IMG/VR virus record: IMGVR_UViG_3300037961_003042
Span: 1 to 63,013 of that record
From: a virus
Lineage: Duplodnaviria; Caudoviricetes
Length of the DNA: 63,013 bases
Direction: 5' to 3' (one strand)
Shown: piece by piece, positions 41,185 through 50,787 of the stretch
Layout: the number at the start of each line of letters is the position of its first letter
Numbering within the stretch: position 1 is the stretch's first letter
The notes under the pieces: model-generated
Seen by the model: only the letters and a program-made list of their open reading frames with translations
Told to the model about the DNA's origin: nothing
Database searches by the model: none
Position numbers and translations under genes: made by a program

Positions 41185-42780
41185 ATGGAACAAGGATACA
41201 CGCCAAGGGAGTTACACTTTGACTCTGAGGGCAGAAACAAACTCATAAGCGGAATCGCTAAAATATCAAGAGCGGTTAAGTCAACTCTTGGCCCTAGAGG
41301 GCAGACAGTCTTAATAGAATCACGCACACATACACACGGAATCACAGTAACTAAGGACGGAGTTACGGTTGCCAAGTCAATTGACTTGTTAGATCCTGTG
41401 GAGAACTTAGCGGTGAAGATGATGAAGGAAGCTGCAGACCGTACAGCCACGTCAGCCGGAGACGGTACAACTACCGCCATAGTATTGACGGAAGCGTTAG
41501 TTGAAGCGGGTGAAAAATACCTAAATAAGTCGGTAAATCCGACGGTTGTGATACGTGAAATCAATAAACACACTTCACACGTAATAAAAAAGCTGGAGAA
41601 ACAAGCGAAAAAATTATCCAAGAAAAGATTGTTGGACGTTGCGACTATATCGTCGAACAATGACAAAGAGATTGGGAAAATAATATACGATACCTATAAT
41701 AAAGTAGGGCAAGACGGACTAGTCACGGTTGAGAACTCACAGAGTCATAATACATATAGTGAGGTTACAAAGGGGATACGCGTTGAAAGAGGATATACAT
41801 CGAACTTATTTGTGAACAATCAAAAGAAAGACGAGTGTGTGCTTGAAAACGTAAAGATACTTGTAGTTGATCAGGAGATAAATAACATTCTCAGTATTGA
41901 GAAGGTTTTGAAACCTATTATCAGTAACGGCGACAAACTGCTGATAATTGGAAATTGCCATAACAATGTCGTCAATACCCTAGCTGCAAATGTCGTTCGT
42001 AATGGCCTTAAGATATGTAATATCATGCCACCTCAGTTTGGTTACAAACAACATGAGTTGATGAGCGACATAGCACTAGCGGTTGGTGCCAAGTATTTCA
42101 GTGAGAAAACCGGTGATGATCTGTCATTGATTTCCACGGAGGATCTTGGGCACGCAGCCAAAGTAATTGTTGGTAGAGACAGTACGATCATTATAAGAGA
42201 TGATAAAGAGATTGAAGAGATACCACAAAGAGTTGATGAACTTTGGGAGCAACATAAGAATACGAAAATAAAATCGGAGAAAGATTTTATACTTCAACGT
42301 ATCGCTAGCCTCAGCGGAGGAATCGGAGTGATATACGTCGGCGGTAATTCAGATGTTGAACAAAAAGAAAAATTTGACCGCGTCGATGACGCGGTATGTG
42401 CAGTAAGATCTGCACTTGAAGAAGGAATTGTAGCAGGCGGAGGAGTGCCACTACTTAGAATATCTAAGGAAATTAATGAAGATGTTGAAAATGCAGAGGA
42501 AAAAGTTGCACTTCAAATATTAAAAGACGCATTAGCAGTTCCATGCAAACAGATATTGTTAAACGCAGGTGAGGAAGATGAAAGTATTACTTTACATATT
42601 CTTGATGATAAAAAAGGTTATGATGTAAAGAATCAAAAATTTGGTGATATGTATAAGTTGGGAGTGATTGATCCACTAAAGGTAACAAAAAATGCCTTGA
42701 TCAATGCAGTTTCTGTTGCAACAACCATACTTAGTACGAACGCTATCGTAACTCTGGCTAGAACATACGATAGTAAATAA
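41185..42780 (+). CDS. groEL: Chaperonin GroEL (phage-encoded)
   Basis: STLGPRG, VTKDGVTVAK, AGDGTTTA, EEGIVAGGG, GVIDPLKV; lacks the GGM tail. Confidence 0.97.
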   Translation: MEQGYTPRELHFDSEGRNKLISGIAKISRAVKSTLGPRGQTVLIESRTHTHGITVTKDGVTVAKSIDLLDPVENLAVKMMKEAADRTATSAGDGTTTAIVLTEALVEAGEKYLNKSVNPTVVIREINKHTSHVIKKLEKQAKKLSKKRLLDVATISSNNDKEIGKIIYDTYNKVGQDGLVTVENSQSHNTYSEVTKGIRVERGYTSNLFVNNQKKDECVLENVKILVVDQEINNILSIEKVLKPIISNGDKLLIIGNCHNNVVNTLAANVVRNGLKICNIMPPQFGYKQHELMSDIALAVGAKYFSEKTGDDLSLISTEDLGHAAKVIVGRDSTIIIRDDKEIEEIPQRVDELWEQHKNTKIKSEKDFILQRIASLSGGIGVIYVGGNSDVEQKEKFDRVDDAVCAVRSALEEGIVAGGGVPLLRISKEINEDVENAEEKVALQILKDALAVPCKQILLNAGEEDESITLHILDDKKGYDVKNQKFGDMYKLGVIDPLKVTKNALINAVSVATTILSTNAIVTLARTYDSK

Positions 42781-42798
42781 TAACTTAAAACCAAGAAT

Positions 42799-42930
42799 AT
42801 GCCAATTTATAACGAAATATTTGAGTCTTTTAGAGCAAATAATAAAAAGCTAGAAGAAGCAATAAAGCTTTTGGAAGAAAACGGATTTATTGTTTACGAT
42901 AAAGAAAAGAAATATGTATCCAGTAAATAA
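42799..42930 (+). CDS. 43-aa ORF between groEL and groES
   Basis: MPIYNEIFESFRANNKKLEEAIKLLEENGFIVYDKEKKYVSSK; read manually. Confidence 0.5.
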   Translation: MPIYNEIFESFRANNKKLEEAIKLLEENGFIVYDKEKKYVSSK

Positions 42931-43171
42931 ATATATTGTTGTTAGAGAAATAGTAGAAGAACACAAGACTGATTCAGGACTTCTATTATCATCGCAGGAC
43001 GTTGACACCTATAGGTACAAGAAAGGATTAGTGTTGAAAGTAGGTAACAATGCAGAGGTGATTAAAGAAAACGACTCTATATACTATGACAAAGCAGCAG
43101 GACATAAAATATTACTACAAGATGAACAGCTCACAATTATTCAGGAGCGTGATGTTGTAGTTGTTTTGTAG
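42914..43171 (+). CDS. groES: Co-chaperonin GroES
   Basis: MYPVNKYIVV...KTDSGLLLS...GLVLKVG...IIQERDVVVVL; ATG at 42914. Confidence 0.85.
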   Translation: MYPVNKYIVVREIVEEHKTDSGLLLSSQDVDTYRYKKGLVLKVGNNAEVIKENDSIYYDKAAGHKILLQDEQLTIIQERDVVVVL

Positions 43172-43610
43172 CTTCGTTTATTTTTTTTATTGCATTCCTA
43201 TACACCTTGTCGGTGTATGACACATTTTTATTGAACAAAGGGTTTCGCTCAGAAATCTCTTCTCCGTTCAGTTTTTTGTAGATAGTATCTATGATACGTC
43301 TCGTTTTGTAAGTGAGCTCATATAGTGTCGCTTGTTTCCCACTGCGCTTTCTCCATACATGTATCCAACCATCTCTCAGCATTCTGTCAAACCTATTAAC
43401 ATCCCAAGACATTAGTTCTTCATACTCCTTGAAGTCGGTTTTTTTAAATAGCTGTTCGCTATAAAGGAATAATAACATCTCAAGATCTGGAGTTGTTAAT
43501 CCGTATTTTGCTTTTACCCAATATCGAATTACCCTCCAGTATTTTAAATAATCGTTTGTTGGCTCTTTTCTATCGTAGTTGTTTCTGATTGTTGATTTAA
43601 TAGTTGTCAA
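43137..43610 (-). CDS. Winged-helix (MarR-like) DNA-binding protein
   Basis: GLTTPDLEMLLFLY...RMLRDGWIHVW...LYELTYKTRRII; start uncertain. Confidence 0.55.
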   Translation of the reverse strand: MTTIKSTIRNNYDRKEPTNDYLKYWRVIRYWVKAKYGLTTPDLEMLLFLYSEQLFKKTDFKEYEELMSWDVNRFDRMLRDGWIHVWRKRSGKQATLYELTYKTRRIIDTIYKKLNGEEISERNPLFNKNVSYTDKVYRNAIKKINEATKQLQHHAPE

Positions 43611-43845
43611 GATTTATATTAGATTTAAAATTTTTTAAGAACGCGCATTTTTCATATTCTTCTTTTTCTTCAAAATAACTAATCATATGATCAATATCTT
43701 CTACATCAATATATTTTTCGGTAGGATCGAAAGGTAATATAACTCCATCTAGGAAAAAAGCCACGTCTTCTATTGTATGTTGACCTATTAACAAAGCATA
43801 CCCCACACACATTCCGTCGTCGTATGTTTGTAAAAAATCATCCAT
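43597..43845 (-). CDS. Hypothetical protein
   Basis: C-terminal YFEEKEEYEKCAFLK (UVR-like helix). Confidence 0.55.
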   Translation of the reverse strand: MDDFLQTYDDGMCVGYALLIGQHTIEDVAFFLDGVILPFDPTEKYIDVEDIDHMISYFEEKEEYEKCAFLKNFKSNINLDNY

Positions 43846-43856
43846 AAAATAATTGT

Positions 43857-43872
43857 TATCTTTGTAAAGATA
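43857..43872. promoter_or_regulatory. Palindromic bidirectional -7 element
   Basis: TATCTTTGTAAAGATA gives TATCTTTG on + and TATCTTTA on -; lies in the 50-nt divergent gap. Confidence 0.6.
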
Positions 43873-43895
43873 TTAATAATTTTAAAATCTTAAAA

Positions 43896-44567
43896 ATGAA
43901 ACAAGGTTACAACGATAGACTTGACGAGTCACTAGGAGGAAGACACAAAGGGCCACACTCTCAATCAATGAAAGATCGTAGAGACGAGAGTAAAGCAATG
44001 TCTAAAAAAATGTACGGACACGCGTATGGAGCAGACAAAGGAATGTCTTACAGACATCACCACCCGGCTCACGTACACAATGTAAAAGGACATTTATCTT
44101 CTTTAATTAAAAAGTAATGGCTGGAGGATTTATTCAAAAGGCTTTTGCTAGAGCAAAGAAAAAAGGAACATTAGGAAAATGTTCGGGAAAAAAATTAGGT
44201 AGCAAGTCATGCCCGAAAGGCTCAAAGGCATATAATTTTGCTATGACATTAAAGAAACTTAGAAAAAGAAAATAGTTATGGGTAAATTATTTGTAAAATT
44301 AGGAATGTGGATTCAGCTAATGTGGTGTAAACTACTATGTAGTTGGAACGCCCTAATGGTAAAATTAACAGTAAATGTTGATAGTTGCCCTAACGAAATG
44401 TGTAAGTGTAAATAATGAGATCAAGAGGATTAGGTGATACTGTTTACAAGGCAGCTAAATTAATTGGTGCCGACAAGGTTGCGAAAGCTTATGAAAAAGT
44501 TACAGGCAAACCTTGTGGTTGTGAAGAAAGACGCGACACTCTGAACAGAATACATCCTTATAAATAA
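43896..44567 (+). other. Four small basic/Cys-containing ORFs (43896-44117, 44117-44275, 44278-44415, 44415-44567)
   Basis: His/Lys-rich 73 aa; MAGGFIQKAFARAKKKG...; MGKLFVKLGMW...CKCK; MRSRGLGDTV...PCGCEERRDTLN; mostly TAATG-coupled. Confidence 0.65.
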
Positions 44568-44583
44568 TATAAATAAATAAAAA

Positions 44584-44847
44584 ATGGCGTATCAAAAACT
44601 ACAAGCATATAGAGCGGCAGCGGTCACACCAAGTGACACGATAGATATTCCTTCAGTTTCAACTGCTACAGGAAAAAACTTTGGCTGTGTATTATATGTT
44701 GGAACAGCAGGTGATATTAGAGTATTAACCGTAGGTGGAGACACCGTGACATTCGTGGGGATTAACACCGGAGCATTTATTCCGGTTCAAGTTAAAAGAG
44801 TGTATAGTACCGGAACTTCTGCTTCTAACATATTAGCACTCTGGTAA
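44584..44847 (+). CDS. Head spike base protein (RcGTA Rcc01079-like)
   Basis: AAAVTPSD...LYVGTAGDI...VTF...FIPVQVKRVYSTGT.A..I.AL motif pattern. Confidence 0.7.
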   Translation: MAYQKLQAYRAAAVTPSDTIDIPSVSTATGKNFGCVLYVGTAGDIRVLTVGGDTVTFVGINTGAFIPVQVKRVYSTGTSASNILALW

Positions 44848-44848
44848 G

Positions 44849-44992
44849 ATGCCTATACAAATTTGCATAGGTAACTATATTGGAAGAAATATCCCGGCAG
44901 GCTTTCCTCCCCCAGGAAGTGACGAGATTGTATCAGAGGTTATGGTTCAAATGGTTGATGAAGCGGCTAGTAACGATTTAATAACAGAATAA
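44849..44992 (+). CDS. 47-aa putative fibre adaptor (not in ORF track)
   Basis: MPIQICIGNYIGRNIPAGFPPPGSDEIVSE...LITE; fills the gap exactly. Confidence 0.55.
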   Translation: MPIQICIGNYIGRNIPAGFPPPGSDEIVSEVMVQMVDEAASNDLITE

Positions 44993-44993
44993 G

Positions 44994-47909
44994 ATGGCAA
45001 TAAAATTTTCACAATTTGTAGTAAAAACAATTCAAAGCGATGTAGATTATATCGTTGGATATAAAGGGGCTGATAATGTTCAAATTACCCCATCAGATTT
45101 TATCTCCGCATCTCTCGGTGCATACCTACCTCTAGCCGGTGGTACTATGACTGGTAATGTTATTTTTAATGATGGTGTAAAAGCTTTATTTGGTACAGGT
45201 TCAGATATGGAAGTATTCCATAATGGTAGCCAAGCGTATATAGAAAATTATACTGGTGAAATGAACTTTACACAGCATCTTAATGATGGAGACATGAGAT
45301 TTAAGGCTGATGATGGTTCTGGTGGAACAGCTACGTATTTCTTTTTAGACGGTAGTGATGAAAAAGTTAATTTTAATAAAAACACAGAACACCAAGATGG
45401 TGTAAAAGCGCAGTTTGGTGATAGTGGAGATGGAAATATTTATCATAATGGTAGTGATTTTAGAATAGAAAATGATACAGGAGATATATTAATACAAAAC
45501 TTTGTTGATGACAGAGATATTAAGTTTTTGTGTGATGATGGAGGTGGTGGAACAGCTACATATATTACTATTGATGGTAGTGGTACAAGAACTTTATTTT
45601 CTCAAAATATAAGATTAGCAGATGATGTACAATTAAATATTGGTAGTTCTGATGATTTAAGATTAGTACATAGCCCTGATAATAGTTTTATACAAAACTT
45701 TACAGGAGATTTACAAATACAAAACAATGCTGATGATAAAGATATTTTATTTAGATGTGATGATGGTTCAGGAGGATTAACAACATATTTTTATTTAGAT
45801 GGTTCACAAACAAATGTAAACTTTCAAAAAGACGCTATATTTGCTGATAATGTAAAAGCAATGTTTGGTGGCTCTGGTGATTTACAAATATATCACGATG
45901 GTAGCGATTCCTATGTTCAAGATACCGGAACAGGAGATTTAAAACTGCAAGGAACTAATTTAAGGTTAAAAAATGGAAATGGGACTAGCACTTTTTTAGA
46001 AGCTCTTTCAGGTTCTGCTGTTTCTATATATCATAATGGAAGTAAAAAGTTTCAAACTACAAGCACAGGAATAGATGTAACAGGGACAACAGATACAGAC
46101 AATTTAACAATAGCAGGAGCGCAAGGATCAAGTGGTGATGTATTAACCTCTACCGGTAGCGGAGTTGCTTGGCAAGCCGGCGGCGGCGGAGGTGCTACTG
46201 ATTTAAATGGTCTTTCAGACTGTTTAGTTGATACTAGTGCTACTTCAGTATATCTTGCAAATATTCCAGCTAGCTTAAGTGGTAGCCCAAATGCTAATTT
46301 AGTTATCGGTTTGAATGCTGGTAACGCTATAACCACTGGTGGTAATAATACGCTTGTTGGTATTGCCTCCGGTCTTACAGGTTCAGTTATAGAGAAATGT
46401 ACATACATAGGAAAAAGCGCAGGCTCTGGATCTACAATATGTGCGGACAATGTTATTATTGGTTATCAATCAGGACTTTATAATAATAATAACAACTTTA
46501 ATGTTTATATAGGTAGTGATTCAGGTTATTTAAGAGGTGATAGGAATGTTGGTATAGGCTATAAATCATTTAACACTTTTGTCGCTGATATAAATGATAG
46601 TGTGGCAATTGGTTACCAAGCCGGGTTAACCGCAACTAGTGCCGCTGATGATATTGTAGTTATAGGTAAAGAAGCGGGTAAAACTGTTCAATCAATAGGA
46701 ACTGTTGCAATCGGTTATGAGGCTGGTTATTCACATACTACCGCTACAGGTTCTACTTATTTAGGTTATCAAGCTGGATATGGAGTAACTACTGCGTGGC
46801 GGAATACACTTATTGGGTATCAAGCTGGTGCAGATGCTAGTATGGTTGCTGGTGGTGTTACCGCTATAGGCTATCAAGCAGGTTACGAATTTGAAATCGG
46901 TGATGGTGCGGTACTTGTAGGGAGACTTGCAGGTGGTAGCAATGGCTCAGCAAAACAAGAAACAGTATTTGTTGGAGATGAAGCAGGTAGATATATTTCA
47001 TCAGCTTATAATACAGCAGTCGGCGCAAGAGCTTTACAAGGCGGAACTTCAGGTGGTTCTTCAGCATCTTATAATACTGCTATTGGTCGAATATCAATGT
47101 ATCAAATTACAACAGGAGATTTTAATGTTGCGGTTGGTGCAAATTCAGGTGCAGCTACCACTACAGCTGACAACAATACACTTATAGGTTATGAGGCGGG
47201 AGAATCAATTACCGAAAGTCCAGATAATACATTTATTGGTTATCAATCTGGTATAGTCTTTAATAATACGAGTGGTGATGGTAGAAATGTAGGTGTAGGT
47301 AGTACATCTGCTGGAGCTTTAACTACCGGTATTTATAATACATTTGTAGGTTATGGCGCAGGAAATGGAGGCGGTGGTACAAGTGCCACAGTTACAACGG
47401 GTAATTTTAATACTATGGTTGGCTATCAAGCCAAAGGAAGTGCTACTAGCGCATCAAATCAAAACAGCTTTGGATATAATGCTGCTTGTAGCGGGGATAA
47501 TCAAATAACACTAGGTAACACGTCTATTGGAACTATAAGAGCGCAAGTTACTTCTATTACCGCTATATCTGATGAAAGAGATAAAACAGATATTGAAACA
47601 TTACCTTACGGATTAGATTTTGTAAATTCTTTACAGCCGAGAAAATTTGTGTGGGACAACAGAGCAGAAACTGATGGAGATGGTAATGAATTTTTTAGTG
47701 CTAATAAAGGTAAAAAAGACATCGGGTTTATTGCTCAAGAATTACAATCAGTAGATGATGAATACTTAAATTTAGTTTATGATGCAGATCCAAATAAATT
47801 AGAAGCTACATATGGTAGGCTAATACCCGTACTTGTTAAAGCAATACAAGATTTATCCGCAGAAGTAAAAGAATTAAAAGTAGAAGTTGATGCGTTAAAA
47901 GCATCTTAA
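44994..47909 (+). CDS. Fibre protein with Peptidase_S74 intramolecular chaperone
   Basis: YLPLAGGTMTG, three D(D)GSGG.TY repeats, NTxIGYQAG beta-roll repeats, ISDERDKTDI...IGFIAQEL...LIPVLVKAIQDL. Confidence 0.85.
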   Translation: MAIKFSQFVVKTIQSDVDYIVGYKGADNVQITPSDFISASLGAYLPLAGGTMTGNVIFNDGVKALFGTGSDMEVFHNGSQAYIENYTGEMNFTQHLNDGDMRFKADDGSGGTATYFFLDGSDEKVNFNKNTEHQDGVKAQFGDSGDGNIYHNGSDFRIENDTGDILIQNFVDDRDIKFLCDDGGGGTATYITIDGSGTRTLFSQNIRLADDVQLNIGSSDDLRLVHSPDNSFIQNFTGDLQIQNNADDKDILFRCDDGSGGLTTYFYLDGSQTNVNFQKDAIFADNVKAMFGGSGDLQIYHDGSDSYVQDTGTGDLKLQGTNLRLKNGNGTSTFLEALSGSAVSIYHNGSKKFQTTSTGIDVTGTTDTDNLTIAGAQGSSGDVLTSTGSGVAWQAGGGGGATDLNGLSDCLVDTSATSVYLANIPASLSGSPNANLVIGLNAGNAITTGGNNTLVGIASGLTGSVIEKCTYIGKSAGSGSTICADNVIIGYQSGLYNNNNNFNVYIGSDSGYLRGDRNVGIGYKSFNTFVADINDSVAIGYQAGLTATSAADDIVVIGKEAGKTVQSIGTVAIGYEAGYSHTTATGSTYLGYQAGYGVTTAWRNTLIGYQAGADASMVAGGVTAIGYQAGYEFEIGDGAVLVGRLAGGSNGSAKQETVFVGDEAGRYISSAYNTAVGARALQGGTSGGSSASYNTAIGRISMYQITTGDFNVAVGANSGAATTTADNNTLIGYEAGESITESPDNTFIGYQSGIVFNNTSGDGRNVGVGSTSAGALTTGIYNTFVGYGAGNGGGGTSATVTTGNFNTMVGYQAKGSATSASNQNSFGYNAACSGDNQITLGNTSIGTIRAQVTSITAISDERDKTDIETLPYGLDFVNSLQPRKFVWDNRAETDGDGNEFFSANKGKKDIGFIAQELQSVDDEYLNLVYDADPNKLEATYGRLIPVLVKAIQDLSAEVKELKVEVDALKAS

Positions 47910-47927
47910 TAATTTAAAAATAAAAAA

Positions 47928-48173
47928 ATGTATAAAAACACAATAACATCAGATAACACTCCTAATTCACACAAAGCAGTAATTGCAGGGCAGATTGATC
48001 AGCAGTTAGCACAAGCAGCAGCAGGTGAAAATTTAGATGGTATAAAACAGCATTTTAAATGGGTTTTATCTAACGACTTCTACAAGAATGAGTTAAGCGC
48101 AGATAAAATTAGTTCTATGGAATCTTATTTGCCTGCTAATTATGCAGACGATTACGAAGATTTGCCAAGTTAA
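47928..48173 (+). CDS. Hypothetical protein, possibly fibre-associated
   Basis: 81 aa, directly after the fibre gene. Confidence 0.5.
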   Translation: MYKNTITSDNTPNSHKAVIAGQIDQQLAQAAAGENLDGIKQHFKWVLSNDFYKNELSADKISSMESYLPANYADDYEDLPS

Positions 48174-48180
48174 AATTACT

Positions 48181-48188
48181 TATATTTG
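48181..48188 (+). promoter_or_regulatory. -7 element heading the envelope/lysis cassette
   Basis: TATATTTG. Confidence 0.55.
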
Positions 48189-48266
48189 CATTTATGAAAT
48201 ACATAACAACAACTACTTGGCATCCCGACTTAATCGTCGAATATAAATATGTAGATACTAAGTAAA

Positions 48267-48584
48267 ATGGCTCAAAAAATTAGCGAAGACACAAACGTAA
48301 CATTAGACCTAAAAACAATAGGAATAATTATGGGGGGTGTCATAGCTATAGCCACTACTTATTTTACTATCTCTAGCGGTGTAGCTGCTAACACAGAAGA
48401 TATAAATGCCTTAAAAAACAACAGCGTTAACCCTGTAGAATTTCAGTATAAAGATGAGCTGGTGCGCTCGAGCATTCTTCGTATAGAAGAAAAAACTGAC
48501 GTATTGAATGAGGATGTGCAAGAGGTAAAAGATCAGCTTCAGAAAATAGACGAAAGGCTCTACCAAATTAGTAAACAAAGATGA
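48267..48584 (+). CDS. Single-TM plus coiled-coil protein (i-spanin/holin-like)
   Basis: TM IGIIMGGVIAIATTYFTI followed by a heptad-rich C-terminus. Confidence 0.55.
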   Translation: MAQKISEDTNVTLDLKTIGIIMGGVIAIATTYFTISSGVAANTEDINALKNNSVNPVEFQYKDELVRSSILRIEEKTDVLNEDVQEVKDQLQKIDERLYQISKQR

Positions 48585-48904
48585 GATGTGCGATAATTGC
48601 CTTTTTCCTGACATGTGCAAGTTTTGCTCAAACTGATATAGAGGTTATACAGTTTAGCGCTTCTTTTGTAAAAGATAAAGAAATATCTATGAAGGGTTTT
48701 AAATACGAAACTAAAACTTTGTATATGTCTCAAAACCCTGATATGTTTACCGATCATGATGTCAAATACATTCCCACTTTAATTTTATTATATAACGGCG
48801 AGGAATATTTTAGGATAGAATCAGGAATTTCTTTGACTTTGCCTGAAGACTCCAAAGCTCAATTAGAAGAAAAAATAGATGAAATTATAGCTAGTAAATT
48901 TTAA
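48581..48904 (+). CDS. Secreted thioredoxin-fold protein lacking CxxC
   Basis: Signal peptide ASFA|Q; VIQFSASF in place of FxAxWC; DVKYIPTLILLYNGEE cis-Pro motif. Confidence 0.65.
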   Translation: MRCAIIAFFLTCASFAQTDIEVIQFSASFVKDKEISMKGFKYETKTLYMSQNPDMFTDHDVKYIPTLILLYNGEEYFRIESGISLTLPEDSKAQLEEKIDEIIASKF

Positions 48905-48914
48905 ACACTTAAGA

Positions 48915-50099
48915 ATGAAAAAATTAATCACATTTTTATTGGTACTATGCGCTACATTAAACGTAAGCGCTCAAGAAAAAGACAACTTATTCAAAAAAAT
49001 ATACAAAGAACTATTTAAGTATAGCACTGTATATATTGCGGGTGACATTGACAATCCAAAGGAAAACCCAAAAGATTATTTTGTAAGAACAAATCCTAAT
49101 GGTAATTTGTATTCTGCGCCTGTTGTAGTTGACGGAACAGAATACTATGACTTTGATTACAGGTATGGCTTTGGAATACGCAAACTTGCAAGATTCGATT
49201 ATGAAATAAAAGGCAAGCATTACTATGATGGAACCGAAAACAACATTGGCCTGTCCGCTACAAACTCACCGGTTAATGGATTGGAGTATACGTTTCATTT
49301 TGAAAAAGAAAGATCAAGAGATGAGGTGTTTACTAACCACAGATATTTTCTAAAACACAGTGGGCAGTATCACGTTGTAAAGCTCGAAAGCCGCGAACAA
49401 GGAAGGGTGGATTTTAACTATAAATCTGCAGAGGTTAGAGCAAAACTACCAATTGGTAAAAAATTTAGTGTATCAGCCGGCGCAATCTTTCGTACGCATG
49501 AGCGCCCATACGGATATAATCCTGTTGAAATATGGCTAAACGAAACTAATTCTGATGGTCAGATTATTAACCCTTGGTACACATTAGGCTTTCAATATGG
49601 ATATGATGATATTTATTACACTCAAGAAGATCAGTTTGGAAATGAAATATCTGATTGGTACTGGATAAATCCTGAAGGAGAAGTTGTTGCCCATACGGAT
49701 TTAGAATTTAGAGACACGGTTTTTGCTGACCTCATGAACAGATATAATCATGAAATTTGGGATGATTTAGATGCATTTGGTGTGGTAAGCCCAATTGTCG
49801 GTTTTGACTTCTATCATTACAAGCGTAACTTTTGGCTTCATGCTTTTGGATCTTATCTGCTTCCCTATCACAAATATGTAAGAGGCGATGAAGATTTTAG
49901 TTATTTAAATAGAAATAATTGGGGTTTAGGGGGATTAAGACAAAACGCTGAATTAGAACAATGGGAAGATTGGCAAGCCGGAATTTCATTTGGATGGAAA
50001 ATATCAAAAAGCATTGGGGTGTTTGTTGAAGGCGAGTACACAAGGTTTTGGGATTCTGAAATATATCAATCATCAATCGGTCTTAACTTTAGATTGTAA
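48915..50099 (+). CDS. Putative outer-membrane beta-barrel protein
   Basis: Signal peptide NVSA|Q; about 11-12 amphipathic strands; aromatic-rich; C-terminal beta-signal-like SSIGLNFRL. Confidence 0.65.
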   Translation: MKKLITFLLVLCATLNVSAQEKDNLFKKIYKELFKYSTVYIAGDIDNPKENPKDYFVRTNPNGNLYSAPVVVDGTEYYDFDYRYGFGIRKLARFDYEIKGKHYYDGTENNIGLSATNSPVNGLEYTFHFEKERSRDEVFTNHRYFLKHSGQYHVVKLESREQGRVDFNYKSAEVRAKLPIGKKFSVSAGAIFRTHERPYGYNPVEIWLNETNSDGQIINPWYTLGFQYGYDDIYYTQEDQFGNEISDWYWINPEGEVVAHTDLEFRDTVFADLMNRYNHEIWDDLDAFGVVSPIVGFDFYHYKRNFWLHAFGSYLLPYHKYVRGDEDFSYLNRNNWGLGGLRQNAELEQWEDWQAGISFGWKISKSIGVFVEGEYTRFWDSEIYQSSIGLNFRL

Positions 50100-50329
50100 T
50101 GCACAATATTCCTAATGATAAGCTGTTGCACTTCTTTTGGGGTGGCGTCACAGCATTCCCTTTAATATATTTATTCTCAATTTACGGATTTATTTTTTCC
50201 GTAACTTTGTATGGATTAAAGGAAATTATTTACGATTGGTGGATGGGTAAAGGAAATCCGGAGTTTATGGATTTTATTTACTCTAGTATACCAGCTGTAT
50301 TTTATATAATATTAAAATTAAATTTATGA
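50099..50329 (+). CDS. Small membrane protein (VanZ/DUF2279-like)
   Basis: NDKLLHF...GLKEIIYD...EFMDFI with 2-3 TM segments. Confidence 0.6.
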   Translation: MHNIPNDKLLHFFWGGVTAFPLIYLFSIYGFIFSVTLYGLKEIIYDWWMGKGNPEFMDFIYSSIPAVFYIILKLNL

Positions 50330-50787
50330 ATAGAATCAGTGATCACATAACATACGCAGAAGCTATACACTCAAATACTGCTAAAAGAAAAAAAATTGAC
50401 AACACGCCAAATCCTACTCAAATAGCCGCAATGGCAACAGTAGCGGAAATGGTGTTTGAGCCTTTAAGATCTTGGGCTGGTGGGCCTATAAAAGTAAATT
50501 CTTTTTTTAGGTCGCCATCTTTGAATGAGGCTATTGGCGGGGTAAGTTCCAGCCAGCATTGTAAAGGTCAAGCAATGGATTTGGATGATGTATATGGATA
50601 TAAGTCTAACGCAGAGATGTTTATGTATATACGTGAAAACTTAGATTTTGACCAATTAATATGGGAGTTTGGAACGGATATGAATCCCAATTGGATTCAC
50701 GTGTCATACGTTTCCAAAGATGAAAACAGAAACAGATGCTTAAAGGCATATAAAGAGGATGGTAAAACAAAGTATAAAGTAATATAA
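50326..50787 (+). CDS. Endolysin, peptidase M15 family
   Basis: VNSFFRS, SQHCKGQAMD, WIHVS zinc ligands. Confidence 0.85.
   Translation: MNRISDHITYAEAIHSNTAKRKKIDNTPNPTQIAAMATVAEMVFEPLRSWAGGPIKVNSFFRSPSLNEAIGGVSSSQHCKGQAMDLDDVYGYKSNAEMFMYIRENLDFDQLIWEFGTDMNPNWIHVSYVSKDENRNRCLKAYKEDGKTKYKVI

Noticed and set aside
41185-42420. Higher CG/GC content of groEL as a sign of recent host capture
   Set aside because: Only an impression by eye. The protein is divergent from bacterial GroEL and the composition shift begins upstream in non-coding DNA, so it needs computation.
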